Below are positions 34,444 through 43,251 of a stretch of DNA of 43,251 nt, one piece after another. This DNA comes from an uncultured Anaerolineales bacterium. GTDB taxonomy: Bacteria > Chloroflexota > Anaerolineae > B4-G1 > SLSP01. Every line of letters begins with the position of its first letter. The first letter of the stretch is position 1. A program made the position numbers and the translations under genes. The stretch lies in the NCBI GenBank assembly GCA_964385885.1, contig CAYLRT010000010.1, positions 1 through 43,251 on the forward strand, written 5' to 3'. The notes beneath the pieces were generated by a model, which was given only the letters and a program-made list of their open reading frames with translations, was not told the DNA's origin and did not search any database.

Positions 34444-36627
34444 TCACCCCTCCAGGGTCGTCTCCTTCTCACCCTCGAGGGTCAGCACCTCCTCCAACGC
34501 AGGTACATAATACTTCTCAGTATACTCCTTGACCATGCGCCGCGTCGAAAACATTGGCCCGACAGTCCGGATTGCCTCCCTCATCATGGCCACCCAGCCG
34601 CGAGGGACAAAATCTCGATCGCGCTGATAGTAGAGTGGGACTACCTGCTCTTCCAGCACTTGATACAGAGAAGCTGCATCGGCTCTATCCTGCTCATACG
34701 GATCGGTGAACTCGACACCGGGATCAATAGCCCAACCGTTACGTCCGTTGTAGGCCTCGGCCCACCACCCGTCAAGCACGCTCAGATTGAGCACACCATT
34801 AAAGGCCGCTTTCATGCCACTGGTGCCGCTTGCCTCATTGGGCTTGCGCGGTGTATTGAGCCACACGTCCACGCCCTGCACCAGATAGCGAGCAACATGC
34901 AAGTCGTAGTCCTCTACAAAGGCGATACGACCACCGAACTTGGGATCGCGCACGTAGTTGTACACCTGCTGCAGCAGCAGTTTGCCTGGATCATCGGCAG
35001 GGTGAGCCTTTCCAGCGAAGATAAATTGAACCGGATGATACTGATCGTGGACCAACTTCAAGAGACGCTCAATGTCCTGGAAGATCAAGTTGGCCCGCTT
35101 GTACGTCGCGAACCGGCGGGCGAATCCAATCACCAGAGCGTCGGGGTCAAGGAAGATGCCCGACGCCAACAACTGTTCCGGCGGCATCGAACGTGCGATC
35201 CAATCATCTCGGGCACGCTCACGGATGGTCGAGAACATCTTGCGCTTGAGGTACACATGCGCCTGCCACAACTCCTCATCGGGGATCTCCTCGACCCGAG
35301 CCCAGATAAGAGGATCGTCTTGGCGTTGGATCCAGTCAGGACTGATGTATTTGCGGTACAGTCGATGCATGGCTTCCCCCGTCCACGAAGGCAAGTGGAC
35401 GCCATTAGTCACGTGCCCAATAGGTACGGCCTCCACGGGCCGATCCGGCCAGAGTGCATGCCACATCTGACGGCTGACCTCTCCATGGAGCGCACTCACA
35501 CCATTGGCGCGTCCCGAGAGACGCAGAGCAAGCCTGGTCATGTTGAAAGCGGGACCAAAGCCCATGTCATAGCTGCCCAACGAGAGGAATTCCTCACGGC
35601 TCAGGCCAAGCTGGGGCCAGAAATCGTGGAAATACTTCTCGACGAGCCCAAAGTCAAAGACATCATGCCCTGCTGGCACAGGGGTATGCGTCGTAAACAC
35701 GGTGCCGGCCCGGACTCTTTCACACGCTTCTTCAAAGGAAAGCCCCTGGGATACATATTCCCTTGCTCGTTCCAACACCATGAACGCCGAATGGCCCTCA
35801 TTCAAATGCCAGACCTTCGGCTCGATCCCCAACGCTCGTAACGCACGGACGCCGCCAATGCCCAGCAGGATCTCCTGCTGAATCCTCATCTCGCGATCCC
35901 CACCATAGAGGCGGGCCGTCAACTGGCGGTCCCAGGGTGCATTCTCCTCAACCCCAGCGTCGATCAGATAGAGCCGCGCGCGCCCCACCAAAACCTCCCA
36001 CAGGCGCAGGTGAATCTCGCGGTCACCGACTTTCACCACGATCGTACCACAGCCATCATCCTCAACCGTGATTGGCCGGAGGGCCACCTGCTCCGGGTCA
36101 AGAGGCGGGTAGATCGCTTCCTGCCAGCCGCTATGATCCAGGCGCTGACGGAAATATCCCTGTTCATAGAGGAACCCCACGGCGACGAAGGGCAGGCCCA
36201 AATCACTGGCCTCCTTGGTGTGATCCCCTGACAGAACTCCCAGGCCCCCAGAATAGATCGGCAAGGAACTGTGGAGGCCGAACTCCGCTGAAAGGTAGGC
36301 AATGGGGTATTCGCAGAGCTTCGGATAAACACGCCTATACCATAGATGTCCATCTTTGGTATCCCGATCCATCTCCATCAGAACCGCATCGTAATCCCTC
36401 AAGAAAACGGGGTCCCTGGCCAGTTGATCCAGGCGCTCCTGCGGGGTCTCTTTCAAGATCCTGACAGGATTATGCCGAGTCATGGTCCACAGCGTACGGT
36501 CCAGCTGCTTAAACAGGTCGCGGGCTGGACGGTGCCAGGCCCACCAGAAATTGTAGGCGAGCTCCTCCAGCCGGGCCAAACGCGGCGGCAGCTTCCTTGA
36601 GATCACGGTCTCTCCTTCATTCTCCAT
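34444..36627 (-). CDS. glgP: Alpha-glucan (glycogen/maltodextrin) phosphorylase, GT35
   Basis: 727 aa. It has the PLP-lysine region EASGTSGMKAAFNGVLNLSVLDGWW and the N-terminal LAYNFWWAW typical of the alpha-glucan phosphorylase subfamily. Confidence 0.92.
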   Translation of the reverse strand: MENEGETVISRKLPPRLARLEELAYNFWWAWHRPARDLFKQLDRTLWTMTRHNPVRILKETPQERLDQLARDPVFLRDYDAVLMEMDRDTKDGHLWYRRVYPKLCEYPIAYLSAEFGLHSSLPIYSGGLGVLSGDHTKEASDLGLPFVAVGFLYEQGYFRQRLDHSGWQEAIYPPLDPEQVALRPITVEDDGCGTIVVKVGDREIHLRLWEVLVGRARLYLIDAGVEENAPWDRQLTARLYGGDREMRIQQEILLGIGGVRALRALGIEPKVWHLNEGHSAFMVLERAREYVSQGLSFEEACERVRAGTVFTTHTPVPAGHDVFDFGLVEKYFHDFWPQLGLSREEFLSLGSYDMGFGPAFNMTRLALRLSGRANGVSALHGEVSRQMWHALWPDRPVEAVPIGHVTNGVHLPSWTGEAMHRLYRKYISPDWIQRQDDPLIWARVEEIPDEELWQAHVYLKRKMFSTIRERARDDWIARSMPPEQLLASGIFLDPDALVIGFARRFATYKRANLIFQDIERLLKLVHDQYHPVQFIFAGKAHPADDPGKLLLQQVYNYVRDPKFGGRIAFVEDYDLHVARYLVQGVDVWLNTPRKPNEASGTSGMKAAFNGVLNLSVLDGWWAEAYNGRNGWAIDPGVEFTDPYEQDRADAASLYQVLEEQVVPLYYQRDRDFVPRGWVAMMREAIRTVGPMFSTRRMVKEYTEKYYVPALEEVLTLEGEKETTLEG

Positions 36628-36711
36628 TATCTACTTCCTCCTGCCGGCAACTCGCCGGCTGTCTTGATCAACATCATCACCTGGATGCGCTCTGCCCTCG
36701 AAGCCACTCCA

Positions 36712-37608
36712 TCAAGGAGCCAACAGCAACACGGCCAAAGTCATCAGCATTCCCATACCCACAAATTCGAAGATCACGCGACGGTTCAAGCGCTCCAGCA
36801 GATGTTGATAACTTATGCCAACCCATACATAGACAACAATCGCAAGCAGAGCGGCTACGCTCCATGGAGAGAGCCGCGCATAGGCAAGTATCCAGACAAG
36901 CTCCGCTTCCAGCAAGGCCGCGGCGCCGCTGTACAACATGACACGCTTCAGAGGTGCTCCTGTCACACTCAATAGCTCTGCGATCCACAGGCCAGACAGG
37001 AGCGCAACCGCAGGAGCCGTGATTAACGCTCTCCCTTGTTGCTCCAGGATCACACTTAAGAGCACGAACCCTGCCACATAATCCACAACGTTGAGCACAG
37101 CGCGTGCGAAGGTGTACCCACGGGCCTCGACAGCGACACTCTGGTAGCTCAGGTAAACCAACCCGCCCACCACAATACCCGCCGCGACAAATGCCAGGAG
37201 CCACAGCGCCCAGGTGCTGGCCTGCGTCAAGAGCACAGAGGCAACCAACGAGCCCATCGTTGGCGTGATCAGCGAGAAGACGAGCGGACGGACTCTGTGC
37301 GAAGCAAGAGGATGCTCCTGCACAATGGCCAATGTGCCCGTGAAAACCAAGCCAGCCACGAGCACCATCAACAGGGCCTGCCCCCCCACTCTGAGTCCCA
37401 AGGGGGAACCGAAGACCTGAAAGACTCCCCAACTGAGGGCCGGAAGCTCCACAATCCTGAATAAGGCAACGCTCAAGAGCATCACAGCCAGGAGCACACT
37501 GAGCTTTCCCTGGGTGGGTTGCTGCGTCCGAGCGACTTCTCCCTTGGGCATCGTATTCATTGCTAATGAGCTATGGGCCATCAACCTGAAGCAGACGGGA
37601 GACGACAT
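36712..37608 (-). CDS. Hypothetical polytopic membrane protein (about 8 TM helices)
   Basis: The hydrophobic helices are periodic. The start is uncertain: ATG at 37608, 37581, 37560 or 37551. It lies 5 nt downstream of rho. Confidence 0.6.
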   Translation of the reverse strand: MSSPVCFRLMAHSSLAMNTMPKGEVARTQQPTQGKLSVLLAVMLLSVALFRIVELPALSWGVFQVFGSPLGLRVGGQALLMVLVAGLVFTGTLAIVQEHPLASHRVRPLVFSLITPTMGSLVASVLLTQASTWALWLLAFVAAGIVVGGLVYLSYQSVAVEARGYTFARAVLNVVDYVAGFVLLSVILEQQGRALITAPAVALLSGLWIAELLSVTGAPLKRVMLYSGAAALLEAELVWILAYARLSPWSVAALLAIVVYVWVGISYQHLLERLNRRVIFEFVGMGMLMTLAVLLLAP

Positions 37609-37613
37609 CCCCC

Positions 37614-39095
37614 CTACATCAGATCCTTTGTCAATACGTCAAGAAACTCTTGGTTGCTCTTCGTCTTCCGCATTTGCTGCAGGAGCGCCTCATGTGCAGC
37701 CGTGATATCGTACCCAGGTGTCGTAGCAGTCCCACTCATCATCTGCGACATCATACGGCGCATGAGCCAGACCTTCCGCAAGGTCTCCCGGTCCAGCAAC
37801 AACTCCTCGCGGCGGGTGCCTGAGCGGATGATATCGAAGGCAGGGAAGACCCTGCGTTCCTCGAGTCTCCGGTTCAGGTGCAACTCCATGTTGCCCGTCC
37901 CCTTGAACTCCTCATAGATCATGTCGTCCATGCGACTGCCCGTGTCAATCAGGCAGGTGGCCAAAATGGTTAGACTGCCCCCTTCCTCGATGTTTCGAGC
38001 CGCCCCGAAGAATCGCTTTGGTGGATAGAGCGCCGCGGGGTCGAGGCCACCTGAGAGCGTGCGGCCGCTGGGCTGCACCACCAGGTTGTAGGCCCTGGTC
38101 AGGCGCGTGAGGCTGTCGAGCAGGATAACCACATCGCGTCCCACCTCGACCAGGCGCTTGGCCCGATGAAGTGCCATGTCCGCAACCCGCGTCTGGTGTT
38201 CGACCTCTTCGTCGAAAGTGGAGCTGATCACCTCCGCATCGACCGAACGATCCATATCAGTCACTTCCTCAGGTCGCTCACCGATAAGCACCACCATCAG
38301 GTGAACATCCGGGTGATTGGCAGAGATGCCATTGGCCACTTTCTTGAGCACTGTAGTCTTGCCCGCCTTAGGTGGTGAGACGATCAAACCCCGCTGACCG
38401 AACCCCACGGGGGCCACCAGCTCCAGCAGACGCTGGGTTAAATTACGTGGTCCAGTGACCAGATTGAAGCGCCGATTGGGGAAGATCGGCGTCAGACGCT
38501 CAAAGTGCGGACGATGTTTGGCAAGTTCGGGATCCATGCCGTTGACGGCCTCAATCCGCAGCAAGCTGCGATACTTCTCTGAGTCCTTGGGAAGGCGAAC
38601 CTGCCCCACCACCATATCGCCCGTACGCAGACCGAAGCGTCGGATCTGGCTTTGGGAGACGTAGACATCATCTGGGCCTGGAACGTAACGGGACGACCGC
38701 AAGAACCCAATGTTCTCATTGGTGATCTCGAGGATGCCACCGCCAAAGATGAAACCCTCTCGTTCGGCTTTGGCCTTCAGCAAGAGCAGGATCAGATCAT
38801 CTTTCTTGAGGCCACTGTACCCGCTGACCTGATACTCACGCGCCAGCTCACGCAGCTCTTGGAGGCGCATACGCTCCAAATCGGCCATATCCATCCTGCG
38901 GAGGATGTCAGACGACTCTTTGGCGCGTTTCTGGCGACGTCGTGATCCAGGCTGAAGCTCAGACTTCGCCTCCTTCTCAGAAGAAGACTTTTCTTCTGCG
39001 ACGTCAGCCTCTGTAGACACAGTGACAGGATCACCCGCGGGCGTCACCGCTCCGCTGTCTACCCCATTATCAAACACTTGTTCTTCTCCCTGCAC
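37614..39095 (-). CDS. rho: Transcription termination factor Rho with an N-terminal extension of about 67 aa
   Basis: Contains [11 protein letters not shown] and the Rho RNA-binding and ATPase layout. GTG 39095 lies 7 nt after AGGAGG. The track start is GTG 39140. Confidence 0.9.
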   Translation of the reverse strand: MQGEEQVFDNGVDSGAVTPAGDPVTVSTEADVAEEKSSSEKEAKSELQPGSRRRQKRAKESSDILRRMDMADLERMRLQELRELAREYQVSGYSGLKKDDLILLLLKAKAEREGFIFGGGILEITNENIGFLRSSRYVPGPDDVYVSQSQIRRFGLRTGDMVVGQVRLPKDSEKYRSLLRIEAVNGMDPELAKHRPHFERLTPIFPNRRFNLVTGPRNLTQRLLELVAPVGFGQRGLIVSPPKAGKTTVLKKVANGISANHPDVHLMVVLIGERPEEVTDMDRSVDAEVISSTFDEEVEHQTRVADMALHRAKRLVEVGRDVVILLDSLTRLTRAYNLVVQPSGRTLSGGLDPAALYPPKRFFGAARNIEEGGSLTILATCLIDTGSRMDDMIYEEFKGTGNMELHLNRRLEERRVFPAFDIIRSGTRREELLLDRETLRKVWLMRRMMSQMMSGTATTPGYDITAAHEALLQQMRKTKSNQEFLDVLTKDLM

Positions 39096-39170
39096 GTTCT
39101 GTCCTCCTAAACCATGCCTGCCCGTCCAATAGCGGGCCACAAACTTGCGTTACGATTGAAAGATGTAAGA

Positions 39171-39986
39171 CTAAACGATTAGACCAACCAACAAACTGGC
39201 CAGAACCCCGGCCCACAGCAGGCTGTCCAAACGATCGAACATACCGCCGTGACCAGGGATCAAAGCACCTGTATCCTTCACACCCACTTCCCGCTTGATC
39301 ATGGAAACCAGGAAGTCTCCTCCGGGGCAGAGCAAGCTCACCAGAAACCCCAGGCCCAATCCTGGTGCTAGCGCCAGGGAAGGCACATGCACCAAACTGG
39401 CCCCCAATGCCCCCAGCCCCCCTCCCAAGAGGGTTCCGGCGAGCACCTGAGCCAGGTATCCCTCCCAGCTCTTGCCAGGGCTGATCCGGGGGGCTATCTT
39501 GTGACGACCCCATCGGCGGCCCACGAAGTAAGCAGCAGAGTCCCCCACCCACACGATGAGACAGGTCAGGAACGTCCACCACAGCCCATCGGGCGCCCGC
39601 CTCAGATGGATCAACGCTCGCCCTCCCAGCCCAAGATAGGAGCTCCCTGCCAACATCAGAGCCCAATGCTCAACCGGCAAAGAACCTTCGCCATCTCGTT
39701 GGCTACGCACCAGGGCGGGGAAGGCACCGACCACCATAAACAATACCATTGGCACCCACGGATCCCCAGCAGGCCATAGCTCCCCGATCTCCCAGGCTAT
39801 TATAAGCGCCATTACCAGCCACGTGTGAAGTTCATACCCCCGGCGTGCCAACATTTGTACATATTCGTACCCAGCAAGGACCGTTGCGAGCCCGACCAGA
39901 GCTTCATAGGGCCATCCTCCAAGGTAGAGGATCACGAGCACGATGGGGAGCAGGACAACAGCACTGATAACCCTAGTCTTGAGCAA
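39171..39986 (-). CDS. cdsA: Phosphatidate cytidylyltransferase
   Basis: Contains SWEGY and the CdsA signature GDFLVSMIKREVGVKDTGALIPGHGGMFDRLDS. TTG 39986 gives MLKTRVISAVVLLP, similar to known CdsA N-termini. AGGAG lies 9 nt upstream. Confidence 0.9.
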   Translation of the reverse strand: MLKTRVISAVVLLPIVLVILYLGGWPYEALVGLATVLAGYEYVQMLARRGYELHTWLVMALIIAWEIGELWPAGDPWVPMVLFMVVGAFPALVRSQRDGEGSLPVEHWALMLAGSSYLGLGGRALIHLRRAPDGLWWTFLTCLIVWVGDSAAYFVGRRWGRHKIAPRISPGKSWEGYLAQVLAGTLLGGGLGALGASLVHVPSLALAPGLGLGFLVSLLCPGGDFLVSMIKREVGVKDTGALIPGHGGMFDRLDSLLWAGVLASLLVGLIV

Positions 39987-40325
39987 TGGTGACAACTCCT
40001 ACGCGGGGTGCATACCCATTCACATCATACTCTGATCATCAAGCGGGCCATACCCACTCACGACAGGCCACCGTCGCTGGGAACCCAACACCTGACAGGA
40101 CCAACCCTGGTCGACACTGATGACGACCCAACTCCCGAGACAATGACGGGCCAAAGACGCTCCACACGACACAAAGGCACACACCCGAAGATGCCCCGTC
40201 AGTAGCCCTATCAGTCAATACCACTCCCGGATATGGTACGCAGCAACACCGGCTCAGGAGAGGAATGGTTTTTCCATGTGAACTCACAGAGGAATATGTG
40301 CAGGCCAGGCAGTCAAACACTTACA

Positions 40326-41069
40326 TTAAGAACGGTCACCAGCCTGCGTCAGCCCACCAAATCTCCGCTCCCTTTGGCTATAGGCCTGCAACGCCCGGTA
40401 GAACTCTGCCTCATCAAAATCTGGCCAATAAACTCGCGCGATATAATACTCCGCATACGCGGCCTGCCAAAGCATGAAATTGCTGATCCGAAACTCACCA
40501 CTCGTTCGAATCACCAGATCGACGTCAGGCAAGCCTGCCGTATAAAGATGAGCGTCAATGACGTCCGCAGTTACCTCCGCGGGCGGAATACGCTCCTCAA
40601 TGATCCTCCGGACCGCTCTCACGATTTCCTGACGTCCCCCATAATTGAAGGCAATATTCATGATCAACCGATCGTTGTTGCGCGTCAGTTCTACAGCGGC
40701 CTGGATCTTCGCCTTGAGGGTATCTGGAAGGGGTGCAGGATCCCCAATGTGCCTCAATTGTACACCGCTTTTGTGCAGTTCGTCAACCTCTTTGTCCAGC
40801 CCCTCGTAAAGCAACTGAAGCAATCCCTGTACCTCTTCCTCTGGACGAGACCAATTCTCGGTTGAGAAAGCGTAAAGCGTCAGGATAGGCACACCGAACT
40901 CTACAGCGGCATGCACCACACGACGCAGGTTCTCGACGCCTGCGCGATGCCCGGCGAGACGCGGCAGGCCACGCGCCTGCGCCCACCGACCATTGCCATC
41001 CATGATGACCCCGACATGCGTGGGTATATTGGACAACGGAGGATACTCGCTTAGATCTTGCTCTGCCAT
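40326..41069 (-). CDS. uppS: Undecaprenyl-diphosphate synthase (housekeeping copy)
   Basis: Contains HVGVIMDGNGRWA, LYAFSTENWSRP, IRTSGEFRISNFMLWQ and the C-terminal RERRFGG. It sits in the frr-uppS-cdsA synteny block. Confidence 0.9.
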   Translation of the reverse strand: MAEQDLSEYPPLSNIPTHVGVIMDGNGRWAQARGLPRLAGHRAGVENLRRVVHAAVEFGVPILTLYAFSTENWSRPEEEVQGLLQLLYEGLDKEVDELHKSGVQLRHIGDPAPLPDTLKAKIQAAVELTRNNDRLIMNIAFNYGGRQEIVRAVRRIIEERIPPAEVTADVIDAHLYTAGLPDVDLVIRTSGEFRISNFMLWQAAYAEYYIARVYWPDFDEAEFYRALQAYSQRERRFGGLTQAGDRS

Positions 41070-41260
41070 TGATATAGCTACACCTGATCCCCGGAATTCT
41101 GAAGGCACTGCACGGAGATGGGAGAGACTTCATACCACGGTAAAGGGTACATCACCGATGGAAGCAAGAGAGCTCAAAACAATAGACCGCGTCCCCAAGA
41201 TGCCGCATCTACCCTCCCGCCCGCGCGGCATCGAACAAAGAGGAGAATGCCGACCTCTGC

Positions 41261-41818
41261 CTATACCTGCATGATATCCTGTTCTTTCAGTTTGCCAATC
41301 TCTTCGACCTTGGCCACGTACTTATCCGTCAGTTCCTGCAACTGATCCTGACCACGCTTAAGATCATCCTCCGAGATCAACGACTCACTCTCGTACTCCC
41401 GCATATCGGCAAGCACGTCCCGGCGGATATTGCGCAGTGCCACTTTGCTCTCCTCAATCCGTCGACGTACGAGCTTGACCATCTCCCGGCGTCTCTCCTC
41501 CGTCAGACGGGGGATAGGGATGCGGATAATCCGCCCATCGTTACTGGGGTTCAGCCCCAGATCGGCCTGCAAAATGGCCCGCTGGATATCACCGAGCGAA
41601 GAGGGATCATAAGGGCGCACGACCAGGAGGTTTGGCTCAGGCGCGGAGATCACGGCCAACTGATTGAGGGGCGTAGGCGTCCCGTAGTACTCCACCATGA
41701 CCCGCTCAACCAACGCTGGGGATGCTCGACCCGTACGCACTCCTCTGAGATCGACTTCGAGCGCTTGCACAGTCTTGTCCATTCGGGTCTCGGCGTCTTT
41801 CATCAGGTCCTTGATCAT
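41261..41818 (-). CDS. frr: Ribosome recycling factor
   Basis: 185 aa from ATG 41818, behind GGAGGAGG. The typical RRF sequence runs throughout. Confidence 0.93.
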   Translation of the reverse strand: MIKDLMKDAETRMDKTVQALEVDLRGVRTGRASPALVERVMVEYYGTPTPLNQLAVISAPEPNLLVVRPYDPSSLGDIQRAILQADLGLNPSNDGRIIRIPIPRLTEERRREMVKLVRRRIEESKVALRNIRRDVLADMREYESESLISEDDLKRGQDQLQELTDKYVAKVEEIGKLKEQDIMQV

Positions 41819-41866
41819 CTCAACCTCCTCCGACAAAACAGTGCACCATAACCACAGGCACGACCC

Positions 41867-42580
41867 TCAGTCACTGATCAGTGTACCCACCGGCTCGCCC
41901 CGCACAAGCCGTTCAAGGCTGTCTTTGTCCCACAGATTCAGCACCACGATCGGCACATGGTTATCCATACAGAGTGTGATGGCGGTCGAATCCATCACCT
42001 GGACGCCCAGGTTCAACGCATCCAGATAGGTCATCCGGTCAAACCGCCTGGCATCGGCATGTTTTTGTGGATCCTTGTCATACACACCATCCACCTTCGT
42101 CGCCTTGACCAATAGATCCGCGTTGATCTCGGCGGCCCGTAGGGCGGCTGCTGTATCCGTCGTGAAGTAAGGGCTTCCCGTCCCAGCGCCAAAGACCACC
42201 ACGCGGCCCTTTTCCAGATGTCGGATCGCCCGCAGGCGGATGTAAGGCTCCGCAATCGCTCGCATTTCGATGGCCGTCTGCACTCTAGTGATCACACCAA
42301 GGCGCTCCAATGCATCGGCCAGCGCCAATGCGTTCATCACTGTTGCCAACATGCCAATCTGATCTGCGCGGGCACGATCCATGCCATGGGCCATTCCGTC
42401 CGCACCACGCCACAGGTTGCCGGCCCCTATGACTACCCCCACTTCGATCTCCTGAGCGTGCACCGCGGCAATCGTGGTTGCCACCGCCTCGGCACGCTCG
42501 GGACTGATGCCAAATCCCCCGGGGTTCGAGAGAGACTCACCGCCAACCTTAATGATGATACGCTTGTACGAAGGCTGCAC
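41867..42580 (-). CDS. pyrH: UMP kinase
   Basis: Contains [33 protein letters not shown] and VDGVYDKDP. Confidence 0.95.
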   Translation of the reverse strand: MQPSYKRIIIKVGGESLSNPGGFGISPERAEAVATTIAAVHAQEIEVGVVIGAGNLWRGADGMAHGMDRARADQIGMLATVMNALALADALERLGVITRVQTAIEMRAIAEPYIRLRAIRHLEKGRVVVFGAGTGSPYFTTDTAAALRAAEINADLLVKATKVDGVYDKDPQKHADARRFDRMTYLDALNLGVQVMDSTAITLCMDNHVPIVVLNLWDKDSLERLVRGEPVGTLISD

Positions 42581-42599
42581 AGCTGGAACCTTTCCAGGG

Positions 42600-42631
42600 A
42601 CAAAAAGCCTGGAGGACTAGTCCTCCAGGCT
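42600..42631 (-). terminator. Intrinsic terminator/attenuator: a 13-bp perfect palindrome spanning the tsf stop codon, followed by a T5 run
   Basis: AGCCTGGAGGACTAGTCCTCCAGGCT at 42606-42631, then TTTTTG on the minus strand. Confidence 0.6.
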
Positions 42632-43222
42632 TTCACCCAACTGATAGCGAGTGAATCGTCGGATGACGATGTTCTCGCCAGTCTTGGCAATCATCTGCTT
42701 CAGCAGTTCCTCTACCGTCAGCGAGTCATCCCGGATGAAATCCTGCTCGAGCAGACAGGCCTGCTTGAAGAATTTCTCCAGTCGCCCTTCGACGATGCGA
42801 TCCACAACACGCTCCGGCTTGCCCTCTTCCAGTGCCTGAGCGCGATAGATCTCCTTCTCACGAGCCACAACGTCTTCGGGGACATCATCTCGGGTCAGAT
42901 AGAGTGGAGACATCGCCGCAATCTGCATCGCGATATCGTTCACGAAGGTCCTGAACTCCTCCGTTCGGGCCACAAAATCAGTCTCGCAGTTCACCTCCAC
43001 GAGGACACCAATCCGTCCGCCGCCATGTACGTAAGCGTGGATCAGCCCTTCCTGGGCCGTTCGGTCCATACGCTTGGCTGCCTGGGCCAGTCCCTTCTCC
43101 CGCAGGTAGTCCACGGCCTTCTCGAAATCACCACCGGTGGCCTCGAGCGCCTTCTTACAATCCAGAATACCAGCCGAAGTAGCCTCTCGCAGCTCTTTCA
43201 CCTTCGCTGCTGTGATCGTCAT
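42617..43222 (-). CDS. tsf: Elongation factor Ts (short form)
   Basis: Contains an N-terminal UBA-like region ([20 protein letters not shown]) and the EF-Ts core. GGAGGAGAG lies upstream. Confidence 0.93.
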   Translation of the reverse strand: MTITAAKVKELREATSAGILDCKKALEATGGDFEKAVDYLREKGLAQAAKRMDRTAQEGLIHAYVHGGGRIGVLVEVNCETDFVARTEEFRTFVNDIAMQIAAMSPLYLTRDDVPEDVVAREKEIYRAQALEEGKPERVVDRIVEGRLEKFFKQACLLEQDFIRDDSLTVEELLKQMIAKTGENIVIRRFTRYQLGESLED

Positions 43223-43251
43223 TCACTCTCCTCCAACAATTCATCATCATC
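43219..43251 (-). CDS. rpsB: 3' end of an upstream CDS (...[10 protein letters not shown]), probably 30S ribosomal protein S2 by synteny
   Basis: The open frame enters from the right edge and its stop TGA overlaps the tsf ATG (ATGA). Only 10 codons are visible, so the identity rests on the near-universal rpsB-tsf order. Confidence 0.35.
   Translation of the reverse strand, partial: DDDELLEESE

Noticed and set aside
40039-40320. 93-aa Cys-rich ORF in the uppS-cdsA spacer
   Set aside because: It has no RBS. Its composition is driven by the G/T-rich strand, and its sequence is implausible for a folded protein.

Overview
GC-rich, gene-dense bacterial chromosomal segment with about 45 genes, mostly on the minus strand. 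Many starts are GTG or TTG, and several neighbours share ATGA start/stop overlaps. The gene content (SpoVS, GerW-like proteins, Pro/Thr-linker secreted proteins, short EF-Ts) looks like a Chloroflexota-type organism, but that is only a guess. Housekeeping genes: ribF, rsmI, a parvulin PPIase, pgeF, pcrA, a pseudouridine synthase, surE, spoVS, holB, tmRNA (ssrA, tag ANNWAPVAVAA), glgP, rho, and the block (rpsB)-tsf-pyrH-frr-uppS-cdsA. I saw no CRISPR array, rRNA, tRNA, integrase or intact mobile element. The best candidate for something undescribed is a 10.7-kb co-directional, lipid-themed block (23128-33848, minus strand). Its first part is an operon behind a perfect consensus promoter: DtxR-like wHTH, DegV, GT2, a 495-aa radical SAM enzyme with one auxiliary Cys cluster, and an MFS transporter. 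Downstream follow a phasin-like protein, two small unknown proteins, a second UppS paralogue lacking the C-terminal RxG motif, a patatin lipase, a divergent PAP2-like protein and an ABC1/UbiB kinase. Other oddities: an aldehyde-oxidoreductase-type molybdoenzyme whose two [2Fe-2S] domains have lost all eight Cys ligands, sitting next to a large P-loop DUF4914-like protein; a membrane J-domain protein carrying an apparently inactive sortase-like domain; two ABC1 kinase paralogues; a possible transposase relic upstream of ssrA; several candidate leaderless promoters; and unexplained non-coding gaps of 326 nt, 339 nt and about 600 nt. All family calls come from motif recognition by eye. No searches were run.
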